A stretch of 59,814 bases of DNA from positions 1 to 59,814 of the forward strand of contig JAZDIN010000003.1 in the NCBI GenBank assembly GCA_043804895.1, given 5' to 3'. Positions within the stretch are counted from its first letter, which is position 1. Each line of letters begins with the position of its first letter. The stretch is from Candidatus Altiarchaeota archaeon (GTDB taxonomy: Archaea; Altiarchaeota; Altiarchaeia; IMC4; SCGC-AAA252-I15). The notes beneath the pieces are model-generated. The model had not been told where the DNA came from, ran no database searches, and saw only the letters and a list, made by a program, of their open reading frames with translations. Positions 36,739 to 44,852 of this stretch are shown in pieces. The position numbers were made by a program, and so were the translations under genes.

Positions 36739-37194
36739 ATGGCTCGAAAGAACACTAAGGAATCGGTCGAAGAGAAGGTTGAGGAACAGGATGATGATGT
36801 TAAGAAGCCAGAACCGGCCGCTCCAGCGCAGCCTACAGCAGCCTCTGAGGAGGAGTTCACTCCTGAGGATGAATCCCGCTACGCGTTCCCGATGGCCCCC
36901 ATCGTTCGCCTGATAAAGCAGGAGATGGACGAGGATAAGATGATAAGGCGGCGCGTGAAGGAGGGCATGAACGAGTGGCTTGAGAGCCTCTGCCGCAAGG
37001 TCGCGAAGAAGATGAACCAGAGCGAATACACTATGGTGGAAATCGACGACTTCAAGACCGCAATCGAAGCCTATGAGATGGTAGACCACGTGGAACAGGA
37101 ACGCCAGAGGATAGTGGCCACCCTAGAAAAGATTAAACAAGACTGCGACTCGCTGATAATGGACGTGAACAGGAAATTCATATCCCCCGAATAG
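36739..37194 (+). CDS. Histone-fold protein with acidic/Pro-Ala N-terminal tail and C-terminal helical extension
   Basis: The core FPMAPIVRLIKQEMDEDKMIRRRVKEGMNEWLESLCRKVAKKMNQSEYTMVEIDDFKTAI aligns by eye to archaeal histone HMf (LPIAPIGRIIK...RKTIKAEDIELAV). The 49-aa tail is MARKNTKESVEEKVEEQDDDVKKPEPAAPAQPTAAS... Confidence 0.5.
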   Translation: MARKNTKESVEEKVEEQDDDVKKPEPAAPAQPTAASEEEFTPEDESRYAFPMAPIVRLIKQEMDEDKMIRRRVKEGMNEWLESLCRKVAKKMNQSEYTMVEIDDFKTAIEAYEMVDHVEQERQRIVATLEKIKQDCDSLIMDVNRKFISPE

Positions 37195-37477
37195 CCGGGG
37201 ATTCTTTCTCCCACCACTGGTACATCCTGGGAGTTATGTGGTATACTATAACTGCCAGGGCTATCCCTGCTATGACATCGATGAAGTAGTGCCTCCTCAG
37301 ATATACCGTGGAGACCCAGGACAGGACTATCAGCGGAGCTAACGCATACCCCCACTTCCTTGAAAACTTAAGGGCGTATAACAACACCAGAAGCGATAGG
37401 GCGACGTGCACGCTTGGGAACCTTAGAACTATACATTGGATATTGTCATGCTGGTTGAGGGAATTTGAACTCACCAT
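37178..37477 (-). CDS. PAP2_C-like mini membrane enzyme (sphingomyelin/IPC-synthase-type C-terminal half)
   Basis: 99 aa, 3 TM helices. FPSVHVA (like SGH) and RRHYFIDVIAGIALAVIVYH (like HYxxDVxxxxxxxxxxxYH). Lacks the first KxxxxxxRP motif. Its ATG overlaps the giant gene stop (ATGGTGA). Confidence 0.55.
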   Translation of the reverse strand: MVSSNSLNQHDNIQCIVLRFPSVHVALSLLVLLYALKFSRKWGYALAPLIVLSWVSTVYLRRHYFIDVIAGIALAVIVYHITPRMYQWWEKESPAIRGI

Positions 37478-40400
37478 AGGTGTCTTCCGCTATCGATTTG
37501 CTGTCTTTTCTTTTTTTCACCCTCCTCCGTATCATCATACATCATCATCTCTAATAACACTCTATGTGCCTGCCTAAGCCCATTGGATCTTGTTGGCCCA
37601 ACAAACCCTTTCATGGCCGTCGTTTTAGCATCATCTAAAAACTGTTCTGCTTTACTCTCGTCCCCTCCTTTTGCATACTGTTTTATTAGCCTGCTTGCAC
37701 CTAATTTGACTGCCACGCCTATATCATCATATGTGGGCTTCTCTTCAGCTTTTGTTCTCTCCATCTCGTCTCTCATCCTGTTTATCACCACTTGTCTGCT
37801 CTTCCTGAACACGACATAGACTCCGTTCACCACCTTTGCCCACCAACTGTTGGCTTCTATCTTGTCGCGTAGGCTTGCCATGTCGTACAAGTCCTCTGCG
37901 GGTGTCTGATCCGTGTTTGTTGGTTCGTAGACTGCGATTTTCCCTGCCTTACCGAACAAGCCTGCCTTTAGTAGTGCTTCTTCCTTGAGTGCGGCTGCTC
38001 TAATCAGTATGCGTCTTTCTGGTTCAACTTCCACATATCCTGTCATCGAAGGCGGGCTTGGGAGGTAGCCTTTGATTTGGAATTTCTGCATCTCATTCTC
38101 CCTCTGTATGAGATCATCTAAGGCTTCAGCTGCTGGGATGTAGAACTTTTGGGCTGCTTCGCGTGTGCGGTACCATGGTAGGGTCTCCTTGAGGAATTCA
38201 AACCAGGAGGTATCTCCTAGTTTTATATACGCCGTGCCTTTGAGGTAATCAGCCCTTTTGTGGTTGTACCATCCTAAATATGGGTCGTCGTATTCTCTCT
38301 GGCTTTCCACGTACTCCCCATCTTCAGCCCAACGCGCGGCATTATCCCTCCTGTCCGCCAGCATCACCACACCTAGGGTTGCTACTGAGATTGGTAGGCC
38401 TACGGCAGCCAGCAACCCTACGAAGGGAACCCCAGCTGCAGCCAACCCTCCTGCTACTATGGAGGCTCCTACCCCCCCTCTAGTCCAGTCAAGGAATCTC
38501 TTCCTGCTTCCGTTTTTGACGCTGGCTATCCTTGATTCCTCGTTCAGGTCTAACATCGTGTTTGCTATGCCTAACATCGCCAGGCCGTCACCATCCTCCC
38601 TCATCTGGTCCATACTTGCTGTGTACTTTCGGTATCCTCCGTAGCCCCAGCCGAACCTGTGGAAGAGATACTCCTCAAATCTTTCGAATCTTATGGGTGG
38701 CCATTCGAACCCTCTCCAGACGTCCTTCCACTCTTTTGGTTTTTCTGATGTCATATACTCTGGGTTCTCTCCGATTGAGGCTATTAGGGCTGCATAATAG
38801 TGCTTTTGTGCTTTGTACAACCTCTCCTTCCTCTTCTCCCTATCCGTTTGTGATTCTGCAATAGCTACGTTCGTCCTGGCTATCGCCCTGGCTGTGAAGA
38901 CTCTAGGGTCCATCTCAGACGTCCGTTCTTCCCCGAATGGGATAAGTTTCTTGGCCTCGCCGTAGGCCTTGATGAACTTGGTTTCCGCGCCGTCTTTACC
39001 CTCAAGATTGCCCTGGTATTCGCATATGAGGCCGTCCACGAAGTTCATCATGAACGCCTCCATCTCTATTCTCTTCTCCTTTCCCCATTCCTCTGAATCT
39101 GGGGAAAACCTCCCTACTCCATAGCGTCTGGCAGTCAGGCGTAATGCCGCATCCCTTGTCGAAGCCAGTTTGGCTATCATGGAGTCCATATCATCCTGAT
39201 TGTATGTGCCTTCTACTGAATACATCCTGTGTATCTCGTATTCCTCGGAGTCTTGGAGTTTGTTGCTTCTGAGTATCTTCCCCACTTCTGCAGCGTCGTA
39301 GTTTCCGCTATTCCTCATCTCCATCAGCTGCTTGTGTGCTGTCTGGTATCTGGCTGTGGCCAGGATGAATTCACGGGCGTATGCGTTCTCCATGATGTGC
39401 ATTATGGCTTTTGTGTAGTCCGGATTCTTGGAGGTTATCTCAACGCCAGGCCATATGACTGTCTCTTCTCTGGCGCCGACCTCCCCCTTCGTTAGTTCCC
39501 TGAGACTTATGGTCCCGTTTTCTATCCCGGTTGTGATTGTACTGTACGTTGTATCCTTGGTTATGAGGGGCCCGCTAGTGTCCTCGTTCAGAGCCTTCCG
39601 GACTGCCTCCTCGCGCATCCTCATCTGGTTGTTGACGCTCGTATCGACTGATACGAAGAACGCGCACATCTGATCTACGAATTCTCTCTTCTGTACTTCT
39701 GTGAATGGGCCTTCCCTAACCTCATGGTGGTTCCCTATCCTCCTCAAGTCTGCAGTATCTCCGCTGGCAGGTTTGAATGGCTTGTCGCCGAATAATGCTT
39801 CATACATTTGCGTCTTCAAGTCCTTCCAGTCCTTGTTTGCTGTCGCCCACCCGTCTTTTGCCGAGCCCCAGTTTGTATACAGTTCCTCCTTTGATACGTC
39901 ATAGGGGTTATCTTTCATGTAATGCTGACGTATATTCTTAAATTGCGGGCTGAACATTCTGAGTATCTGTAAGGCTCTCTTCCTCCCCTCCTCGTCCTCC
40001 AATCCTATCGGTGTCGCCTCTAATGCCGACACCTTTATGGCCTTAATCACTTTGGCTGGGTGGTAGGTGAAGCCGACAGTCTTTAGTTCAAGACTACTTG
40101 CCTCCCCTTCTCTGAACTCATCGTCGACCATGGTGCGGATAACTTCTGACGAACTCTGTTCTATGTTCAGAACAGTGTATACTAATGTCTCAATCAGCGG
40201 GGATTTCTCATCTGTGTATGCTCCTATCTTCTTGAGTATCTCCTTTACCCCTTTTTGGTCTTTGATAGCGTCAACTTTTTTCTTCACCTGCACTTTGAAT
40301 GTGGCGTCTTCTGCTTCTGGGCTGGCTATGAAGTTGTACCCCGTGGAGTTTATCACAGCCTGCCATATATCTTGTTTCTCCTCCTCGGTCAGGTGGAGGA

Positions 40401-43400
40401 TGGCGTCTGCGTAAAGCCTTATCCTCCCCTCCTCCCTTCTGCGGTCATCTTCAGTCTGGCTTTTCTCCCAGTGAACTTTAAGTTTCCTTTCCTTGTCGTC
40501 CCTCAGCATCAGCGTCTCGTAGCCTAGGATGTTGTTTCCTATGTAGTTTCCTGCATATACCCCACTCTGCTCCTCCAACTGCGTTTCTGTGAGGGCGTTC
40601 CTCCATCTGAGTCTCATGTCAGGGTCGTCGGACAGATAAGATGCTCTTAAAACTATTTGCATGTATATCATGACACCCTCTCGTTCGTCTGCCATTAGCT
40701 TGCTTTTCGCCAGCCTAAGCATTAGGCTGTGTCTGTCTAGGTCTGTCTTCTTCATGACCTCTTCGGTAACGTCCTCTCTCCGTATGCTGCTTGCGTCTGT
40801 TATCTCTTCCTCTTTTGCCCTACCTTTGTTCACTGCATCCAAAACCCCCTTAACAGTCTTGGCTGCCATTATGGTGCCCCTTGCGTCTAATCCCAGCTCA
40901 TTCAGCGCACCTTCTGTGAGGTCTGTTTTATCTATCTCATCTGCACTACCAAGCATAAAAAGTTCTTTTTTCTCCTCATCGGAACCTTTGGTCTTCTCCC
41001 TCCGGTGTCTGTTCACAGCATACAGGGCTCTCTTCTTGAACTCCTCATCGCCTGACTTGATTTTGTCCAGGACAAGCTTTACTATCCTGTCCTCTAGTTT
41101 CTCATGGTCTAACAGTAGTTCCTTCAGCATGTCTGCAGTGAGGAACCTTTCTTCTATCTTGTCTGCGCTTTTGACTTCCCTATCTTTGTTCACCGCTTCA
41201 AGGGCTTTTTTTCTGAATTCCTCGTCGCCTGACTTGATTTTATCTAATATGGATTTTTTGTCTAACAGTAAGTCCTTCAGCACACCTGTGGTGAGGTACT
41301 CCTCTTTTATCGAGTCTGCGCTTTCGATTTTCCTATCTTCGTTCACCTCTTCAAGGACTTTCTTATTGAACTCACTGTCGCCAGACTTGATCTTCTCTAT
41401 TATGAACTTCTTCTGGTCATCTTCTTTTGCGTCTATTATTGCGAGCTCATCTAGGTTGTATGTTGTTCCTTCGCCAATTATGTCCAGCGTTCTCCTCACT
41501 AACCCGTTTGTTCCTCTGATTTTGCTGAGCGCTACGTCTGCTCTCACTGCTTGTGTGTCTGCTAGGACTTCGTCTGTCATATCGTCCTCTATTATCTGGC
41601 TGACGCGCGCAAGGTTCTCCCCGTTGTACCTACTTCTGGCTTTGGTTTTCCTGTTCACAGCCCCTAACAGGGCTTTTGAAAGCTTTTCGTCATATAGGCG
41701 GGCCTCTAATTCGCTGCGGCTTACGCCCGCCGCGTTGGCTACATCCAGCTTCAGTGCCCCGTACTCGTCCCTTATATCGTCGTCGGTAATCTGTTCAAGG
41801 TTTTTCAGTTGCGGAAGCCTACCCCTCCCCATGTTCAATACTCTGAGCAAGTTCCTCCTCTGCCCCTCATATAGCAGTTCTATCTCAGAAATCCTTGGAG
41901 TCCCGAGCAACACCTCTGTTTCTGCGTCATCCAAAACGTCGGCTATGCGGATGCCCCCATTGTACTGCGTGTAGCCTTCTATGTACTGGTCCCCGCTTTT
42001 CCTTAGCTGCCCCATCAGGTTCACGAGCATGCTAGGTACGCCCTGCGGTTGGAAGTCCTTCATCTCCTCATCTCTTATGCGGTCGCCATAGTTGAGTACG
42101 CGTGCATATAGGGGGTCGCATCCTTGCTCTATTATGATTTTGTTCCCTAACCTGTCGAATAGGGCACGATTCAACTCGAAGAGGTGCCCTGACACAGTGT
42201 CCATGTCAAACTCTCTTGGTATCAGGTCTCTTGAAGTGTTTACCATCTCGTGGGCGAGCCACCTTATTATGGCCCATTTATCCATCCTAGAACCAGGACC
42301 TTGGCTGTTTGGCCTGCCGTATTTATCCAAGGAATCCTGAAAGTCATGTACCCTCCTTATACGATACGGCTCCACTAATTTCTTGTCGCTAGTCTGTATC
42401 TCAGGGACTGCTGTTCCGTGGAATCTCCTCCACCAGTGGTCATATATGTCAGTGAACAGTATGAACGGGTTGTGGTACGGTGTTTCCTTGCCTGTTGTCA
42501 TAAAGTGTTCATGGTGACTGAATGATACCTGGTATGCGAATTCACCTAGAACTGCCATGAAACTATCCTGAACCTTATCACCCTTTACTATTGCAGTGCC
42601 CTCCTCTCCGAGCTTTCCTATAACGTAATCTCTACTAAGACGTACTTCATTACCCCCCTGTACGAGAGCCTTGAAAATGCTTTTCCTCTTTTCTTTGTCT
42701 GCCTCAACAGGGAAGCTGATAGTGTTATCTAAGACTTTCTGCATAGTATTATTCGCTATATCCGCGTCTATGAGGCCACGTTCTTTTAATTTCTTAATCC
42801 CCTGAAGCTGTTCCTCCCTTGTTGCTCCTGTTTCACCTGCAAGGAAGTTTACAATCTCCCTGGACAGAAAGCTTTTGAGTTGATCTGACTGGGCTCGCCT
42901 TTTTGAGCTTCCATTCTCATTAAACGCTTGCATTATCTGTAACGCGGTATTAACGTTGAATTCAAGGTTCGTGCCCTTCTTCTTAGCTCTTTTTATCATG
43001 ACTCCATCTTGGCGTAATGTGAGCCTTAGAACGCTTTCGGCAGTCTCGCCCTCGAACAGGGTCAACTTACTTAAGTCTACGACATGGCCGAGTATGCTTT
43101 CTACAACCCCTGTGACTTTTCTGACGTCAACTTTAGAAATCTCCTCCCCTCGTCTTTCCCCCTGTCCTCCACCTTGGATGTAGCCTTCCTGCATCCTTAT
43201 GGTCTCGAACATCCCCCTAATCGCTTGTACAAAAGACATCATCCCACCTTTATGTTCTGCCCCCTTTATGTCACAGATTAACGTGGGTTCGCCGGTTCCT
43301 ACTAACTTTCTTGTTTTAGGGTCTAATGATGGTTTCTTTACTACGTACTCAGTCTCTACCTTACCGTCCTCCTCCTCAAATTCAACCTTCTCGACTTTCA

Positions 43401-43875
43401 CTACTGGCGGCGTGAGTATCTCCTCGACGGCACCAATTTTGCGGCCAAATCGGTATGTCACAAGCTCTCGACTTGTGAAATCATACTCCTGTTCCGGCTC
43501 TTCACGTGCTCCTAAATCAACGCCCGGCCTTACAGTGCCTATGGGCATGCCTATCGATTCGCCTAATACTCTTCTAATATTGCGTCTGGTGATATCCTCA
43601 TCTTCAGCGTCTTCAATAGTTATCCCTGCAGTTTTAAGATTGTCGTATTCTCTCATCAACGCTTCTACTGCTTTGTCCTTGTCTTTCTCATCTATCCTTT
43701 TACTGCTCTCTGTCAAAGAGAATAAACCAAACACCTCTTTCTTCAGGTCCGCTTCGTCCTTACTTCCCTTCCTCCCAGCTTTGAACTTCTTTAGTAATAG
43801 GCCAATCAGAGTCTCTAGGTCGTCTGAGTTTATCCCTGCTACCTTATCCTTTTCTTCTGGTGGTTTTCCGGACAT
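37471..43875 (-). CDS. Orphan giant protein (2134 aa), Lys/Glu-rich, with a two-helix membrane hairpin near the C-terminus
   Basis: Uninterrupted 6.4-kb ORF with no signal peptide. Hydrophobic hairpin GGVGASIVAGGLAAAGVPFVGLLAAVGLPISVATLGVVMLA (about nt 38355-38485). Three tandem 51-59-aa repeats. No catalytic motif recognised. Confidence 0.85.
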   Translation of the reverse strand: MSGKPPEEKDKVAGINSDDLETLIGLLLKKFKAGRKGSKDEADLKKEVFGLFSLTESSKRIDEKDKDKAVEALMREYDNLKTAGITIEDAEDEDITRRNIRRVLGESIGMPIGTVRPGVDLGAREEPEQEYDFTSRELVTYRFGRKIGAVEEILTPPVVKVEKVEFEEEDGKVETEYVVKKPSLDPKTRKLVGTGEPTLICDIKGAEHKGGMMSFVQAIRGMFETIRMQEGYIQGGGQGERRGEEISKVDVRKVTGVVESILGHVVDLSKLTLFEGETAESVLRLTLRQDGVMIKRAKKKGTNLEFNVNTALQIMQAFNENGSSKRRAQSDQLKSFLSREIVNFLAGETGATREEQLQGIKKLKERGLIDADIANNTMQKVLDNTISFPVEADKEKRKSIFKALVQGGNEVRLSRDYVIGKLGEEGTAIVKGDKVQDSFMAVLGEFAYQVSFSHHEHFMTTGKETPYHNPFILFTDIYDHWWRRFHGTAVPEIQTSDKKLVEPYRIRRVHDFQDSLDKYGRPNSQGPGSRMDKWAIIRWLAHEMVNTSRDLIPREFDMDTVSGHLFELNRALFDRLGNKIIIEQGCDPLYARVLNYGDRIRDEEMKDFQPQGVPSMLVNLMGQLRKSGDQYIEGYTQYNGGIRIADVLDDAETEVLLGTPRISEIELLYEGQRRNLLRVLNMGRGRLPQLKNLEQITDDDIRDEYGALKLDVANAAGVSRSELEARLYDEKLSKALLGAVNRKTKARSRYNGENLARVSQIIEDDMTDEVLADTQAVRADVALSKIRGTNGLVRRTLDIIGEGTTYNLDELAIIDAKEDDQKKFIIEKIKSGDSEFNKKVLEEVNEDRKIESADSIKEEYLTTGVLKDLLLDKKSILDKIKSGDEEFRKKALEAVNKDREVKSADKIEERFLTADMLKELLLDHEKLEDRIVKLVLDKIKSGDEEFKKRALYAVNRHRREKTKGSDEEKKELFMLGSADEIDKTDLTEGALNELGLDARGTIMAAKTVKGVLDAVNKGRAKEEEITDASSIRREDVTEEVMKKTDLDRHSLMLRLAKSKLMADEREGVMIYMQIVLRASYLSDDPDMRLRWRNALTETQLEEQSGVYAGNYIGNNILGYETLMLRDDKERKLKVHWEKSQTEDDRRREEGRIRLYADAILHLTEEEKQDIWQAVINSTGYNFIASPEAEDATFKVQVKKKVDAIKDQKGVKEILKKIGAYTDEKSPLIETLVYTVLNIEQSSSEVIRTMVDDEFREGEASSLELKTVGFTYHPAKVIKAIKVSALEATPIGLEDEEGRKRALQILRMFSPQFKNIRQHYMKDNPYDVSKEELYTNWGSAKDGWATANKDWKDLKTQMYEALFGDKPFKPASGDTADLRRIGNHHEVREGPFTEVQKREFVDQMCAFFVSVDTSVNNQMRMREEAVRKALNEDTSGPLITKDTTYSTITTGIENGTISLRELTKGEVGAREETVIWPGVEITSKNPDYTKAIMHIMENAYAREFILATARYQTAHKQLMEMRNSGNYDAAEVGKILRSNKLQDSEEYEIHRMYSVEGTYNQDDMDSMIAKLASTRDAALRLTARRYGVGRFSPDSEEWGKEKRIEMEAFMMNFVDGLICEYQGNLEGKDGAETKFIKAYGEAKKLIPFGEERTSEMDPRVFTARAIARTNVAIAESQTDREKRKERLYKAQKHYYAALIASIGENPEYMTSEKPKEWKDVWRGFEWPPIRFERFEEYLFHRFGWGYGGYRKYTASMDQMREDGDGLAMLGIANTMLDLNEESRIASVKNGSRKRFLDWTRGGVGASIVAGGLAAAGVPFVGLLAAVGLPISVATLGVVMLADRRDNAARWAEDGEYVESQREYDDPYLGWYNHKRADYLKGTAYIKLGDTSWFEFLKETLPWYRTREAAQKFYIPAAEALDDLIQRENEMQKFQIKGYLPSPPSMTGYVEVEPERRILIRAAALKEEALLKAGLFGKAGKIAVYEPTNTDQTPAEDLYDMASLRDKIEANSWWAKVVNGVYVVFRKSRQVVINRMRDEMERTKAEEKPTYDDIGVAVKLGASRLIKQYAKGGDESKAEQFLDDAKTTAMKGFVGPTRSNGLRQAHRVLLEMMMYDDTEEGEKKKRQQIDSGRHLW
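40990..41394 (-). repeat. Three in-frame tandem repeats inside the giant gene
   Basis: KIKSGD[SE]EF[NRK]KK[VA]LE[EA]VN[EK]DR[KE][IV][EK]SAD[SK]I[KE]E.[YF]LT...LK[DE]LLLD repeated with 51- and 59-aa periods. The DNA repeat ...TCGCC[TA]GACTTGAT[TC]TT... is visible at about 41045, 41225 and 41380. Confidence 0.75.
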
Positions 43876-44038
43876 TTTTCTCCCTGTTTGTTATTACCTG
43901 TTGTTTTTTTGCTTATATACTTGTGTTTTAGGGTTGTGGGCTGGTTCTTTGGGGTTTTTTGGCACAATCTAAAAATCATGTTAAACATTGTTCAAGCACT
44001 CTTCTTGTATTTTAACCTTACCACACTATTCTCCTACC

Positions 44039-44461
44039 ATGGATTACAACAGATACGACTACGACCGCCTCCTGGAGCGGGTCTGGGCCGGCCTCCCTGA
44101 GAAGCTGAAGAAGCACGACAGGTTCGAGGTACCTGAGGCCGACGCCTTCATAGAAGGCAACGTCACCATAATCCGCAACTTCAACGACATCGCACTCAAA
44201 TTCAACCGCGGGGGAGACCACATACTCAAGTTCCTATCCAAGGAACTGGCAGCGCCAGGGACGATTGACGGGTCAAGGGCCATAGTCCAAAGGAAGCTGA
44301 AGAAGCAGGTGGTGGACGAGAAGATTAAGGCCTACGCGAGCGAATTCGTCATATGCCACGAGTGCGGGAGGCCAGACACTAAGTTGAGCGAGCTGGAGGG
44401 GCAGAAGGTGTACAAGTGCGAGGCCTGCGGGGCATGGTGGCCGATGCGCAGGATAAAATAG
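44039..44461 (+). CDS. eif2b: Translation initiation factor aIF2 beta subunit
   Basis: 140 aa. C-terminal zinc ribbon CHECGRPDT...CEACG. The track ORF starts at 43988, but MDYNRYDYDRLL at 44039 matches homologs. Confidence 0.9.
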   Translation: MDYNRYDYDRLLERVWAGLPEKLKKHDRFEVPEADAFIEGNVTIIRNFNDIALKFNRGGDHILKFLSKELAAPGTIDGSRAIVQRKLKKQVVDEKIKAYASEFVICHECGRPDTKLSELEGQKVYKCEACGAWWPMRRIK

Positions 44462-44462
44462 G

Positions 44463-44756
44463 ATGTTCTCAGTGAAGGTACATCGGACGGGCGGGGAGGT
44501 ATTGGTCGCATGCTGCGACGCAGGAATACTCGGGACAAGATTATCTGACGGCACCCTCCAAGTTCATGTTAGCGAGGGGTTCTACGGCGGCGAAATAGTC
44601 AGCGAGGAAGATTTCCTGAAGCTGCTGAACGAATCTACAACAGCGAACCTCCTCGGCGACAAGGTGGTCGATACTGCGCTGAAACGAGGCCTCGTCGAAA
44701 AGTCCGGAATCATTGACGTATGCGGAGTGAAACACGCGCAACTCTACACGGTCTGA
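44463..44756 (+). CDS. DUF424 family protein
   Basis: 97 aa. VACCDAGILG...FYGGE motif region. Conserved neighbour of aIF2 beta in archaea. Confidence 0.7.
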   Translation: MFSVKVHRTGGEVLVACCDAGILGTRLSDGTLQVHVSEGFYGGEIVSEEDFLKLLNESTTANLLGDKVVDTALKRGLVEKSGIIDVCGVKHAQLYTV

Positions 44757-44760
44757 TAAA

Positions 44761-44852
44761 CCGCAGCCTGAAGGCTGCGGAATTTCAAATACGCTTGAAA
44801 TGCAAAACAGCGACAAACATGGGGTGAGAGCGAGTAGCCTCGCGTATTTGTA
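44761..44852 (+). promoter_or_regulatory. Repeated structured leader element, copy 1 (hairpin family member 3 plus CAAATACGC...GCGTATTTG long-range stem)
   Basis: CCGCAGCC-TGAA-GGCTGCGG (44761-80), then AATTTCAAATACGCT...CTCGCGTATTTGTA directly abutting the egsA ATG. Nearly the same sequence is at 52376-52478. Confidence 0.5.

Noticed and set aside
37178-37477. Calling the 99-aa PAP2-like ORF a pseudogene fragment
   Set aside because: It is possible, since the first PAP2 motif is missing. However, the ORF has its own ATG precisely coupled to the upstream stop, three intact TM helices and both C-terminal catalytic motifs. I therefore report it as a PAP2_C-type mini-protein with moderate confidence.
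40661-41974. 437-aa Ser/Leu/Phe-rich plus-strand ORF (and 43199-43972, 38258-38644, 40067-40414)
   Set aside because: These are antisense shadows of the Lys/Glu-rich 2134-aa gene. GAA/AAG/GAG codons read as TTC/CTT/CTC on the other strand. They are low complexity and fully nested in a much longer ORF.
44781-44852. C/D-box or H/ACA sRNA as the identity of the repeated leader element
   Set aside because: There is no RUGAUGA C-box. The only CUGA lies in the hairpin loop. There is no ACA box at a suitable distance from a pocket-forming stem.
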